Part shown: positions 25,447 through 25,513 of the stretch, piece after piece
Position numbering within the stretch: the stretch's first letter is position 1
Layout: every line of letters starts with the position of its first letter
IMG/VR virus record: IMGVR_UViG_3300011335_000091
Location: 1 to 25,513 of that record
From: a virus
Lineage: Duplodnaviria > Caudoviricetes
DNA length: 25,513 bases
Reading direction: 5' to 3' (one strand)
Notes under the pieces: generated by a model
The model's input: the letters and a program-made list of their open reading frames with translations, nothing else
What the model was told of the DNA's origin: nothing
Databases searched by the model: none
Position numbers and translations under genes: made by a program

Positions 25447-25513
25447 CGGATCATTTCCTCTGCTACTCGGATTTCTTCTGCACTCAATGCGCCAACGCGA
25501 TTGAGGATTTCAT
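25443..25513 (-). CDS. Portal protein, C-terminal fragment (partial)
   Basis: EILNRVGALSAEEIRVAEEMIR* aligns with unit A EIYNRIGVMTADEIMRKEDMAL*; ATGA overlap with the capsid gene. Confidence 0.8.
   Translation of the reverse strand, partial: EILNRVGALSAEEIRVAEEMIR

Larger units (their letters stand above)
13697..25513 (-). mobile_element. Unit B: second, divergent miniature siphovirus genome, truncated in the portal gene by the window edge
   Basis: Gene-for-gene homologues of unit A in the same order (HNH, SLT, early genes, lysis, tail, capsid, portal C-terminus) with diverged sequence. Confidence 0.85.

Noticed and set aside
76-25504. Numerous plus-strand ORFs and nested minus-strand ORFs in the ORF track
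   Set aside because: They are shadows of well-supported minus-strand genes, with no recognisable motifs or RBS; similarity between A and B copies is explained by the sense genes.
1-25513. Simple concatemer or terminal redundancy of one phage
   Set aside because: The units differ throughout in sequence and gene content, and 1-60 does not match 13637-13696.

Overview
The window is entirely tailed-phage (siphovirus-type) DNA with every credible gene on the minus strand. It holds two related but clearly different miniature phage genomes joined head-to-tail. Unit A (about 61-13716; 13,636 bp motif-to-motif) looks complete: terL, portal, protease-capsid fusion, head-tail and tail genes, M15 endolysin, holin, a few small early genes, an SLT transglycosylase and an HNH. 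Unit B (13697 to beyond 25513) has the same gene order but is cut off inside the portal, carries an extra adenine methyltransferase and has a different tail-tip module. A further terminase start, not A's own, begins at position 27. Both junction regions contain an identical 20-bp sequence inside the 3' end of the HNH gene (candidate cos). A and B have opposite short-palindrome avoidance, and the switch falls at that junction. This suggests a hetero-concatemer of independent phages, formed in vivo, in the library or in assembly. Comparing A with B reveals conserved non-coding elements: a -1 frameshift in the tail chaperone, a post-capsid hairpin whose loop co-varies with motifs at two translation starts, a structured leader before the SLT gene, GACAC-containing promoters and tandem DnaA boxes in B. 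No integrase, repressor, polymerase, primase, helicase or small terminase is recognisable. A low-GC freshwater actinobacterial host is a plausible inference only. All calls were made by eye, without database searches.
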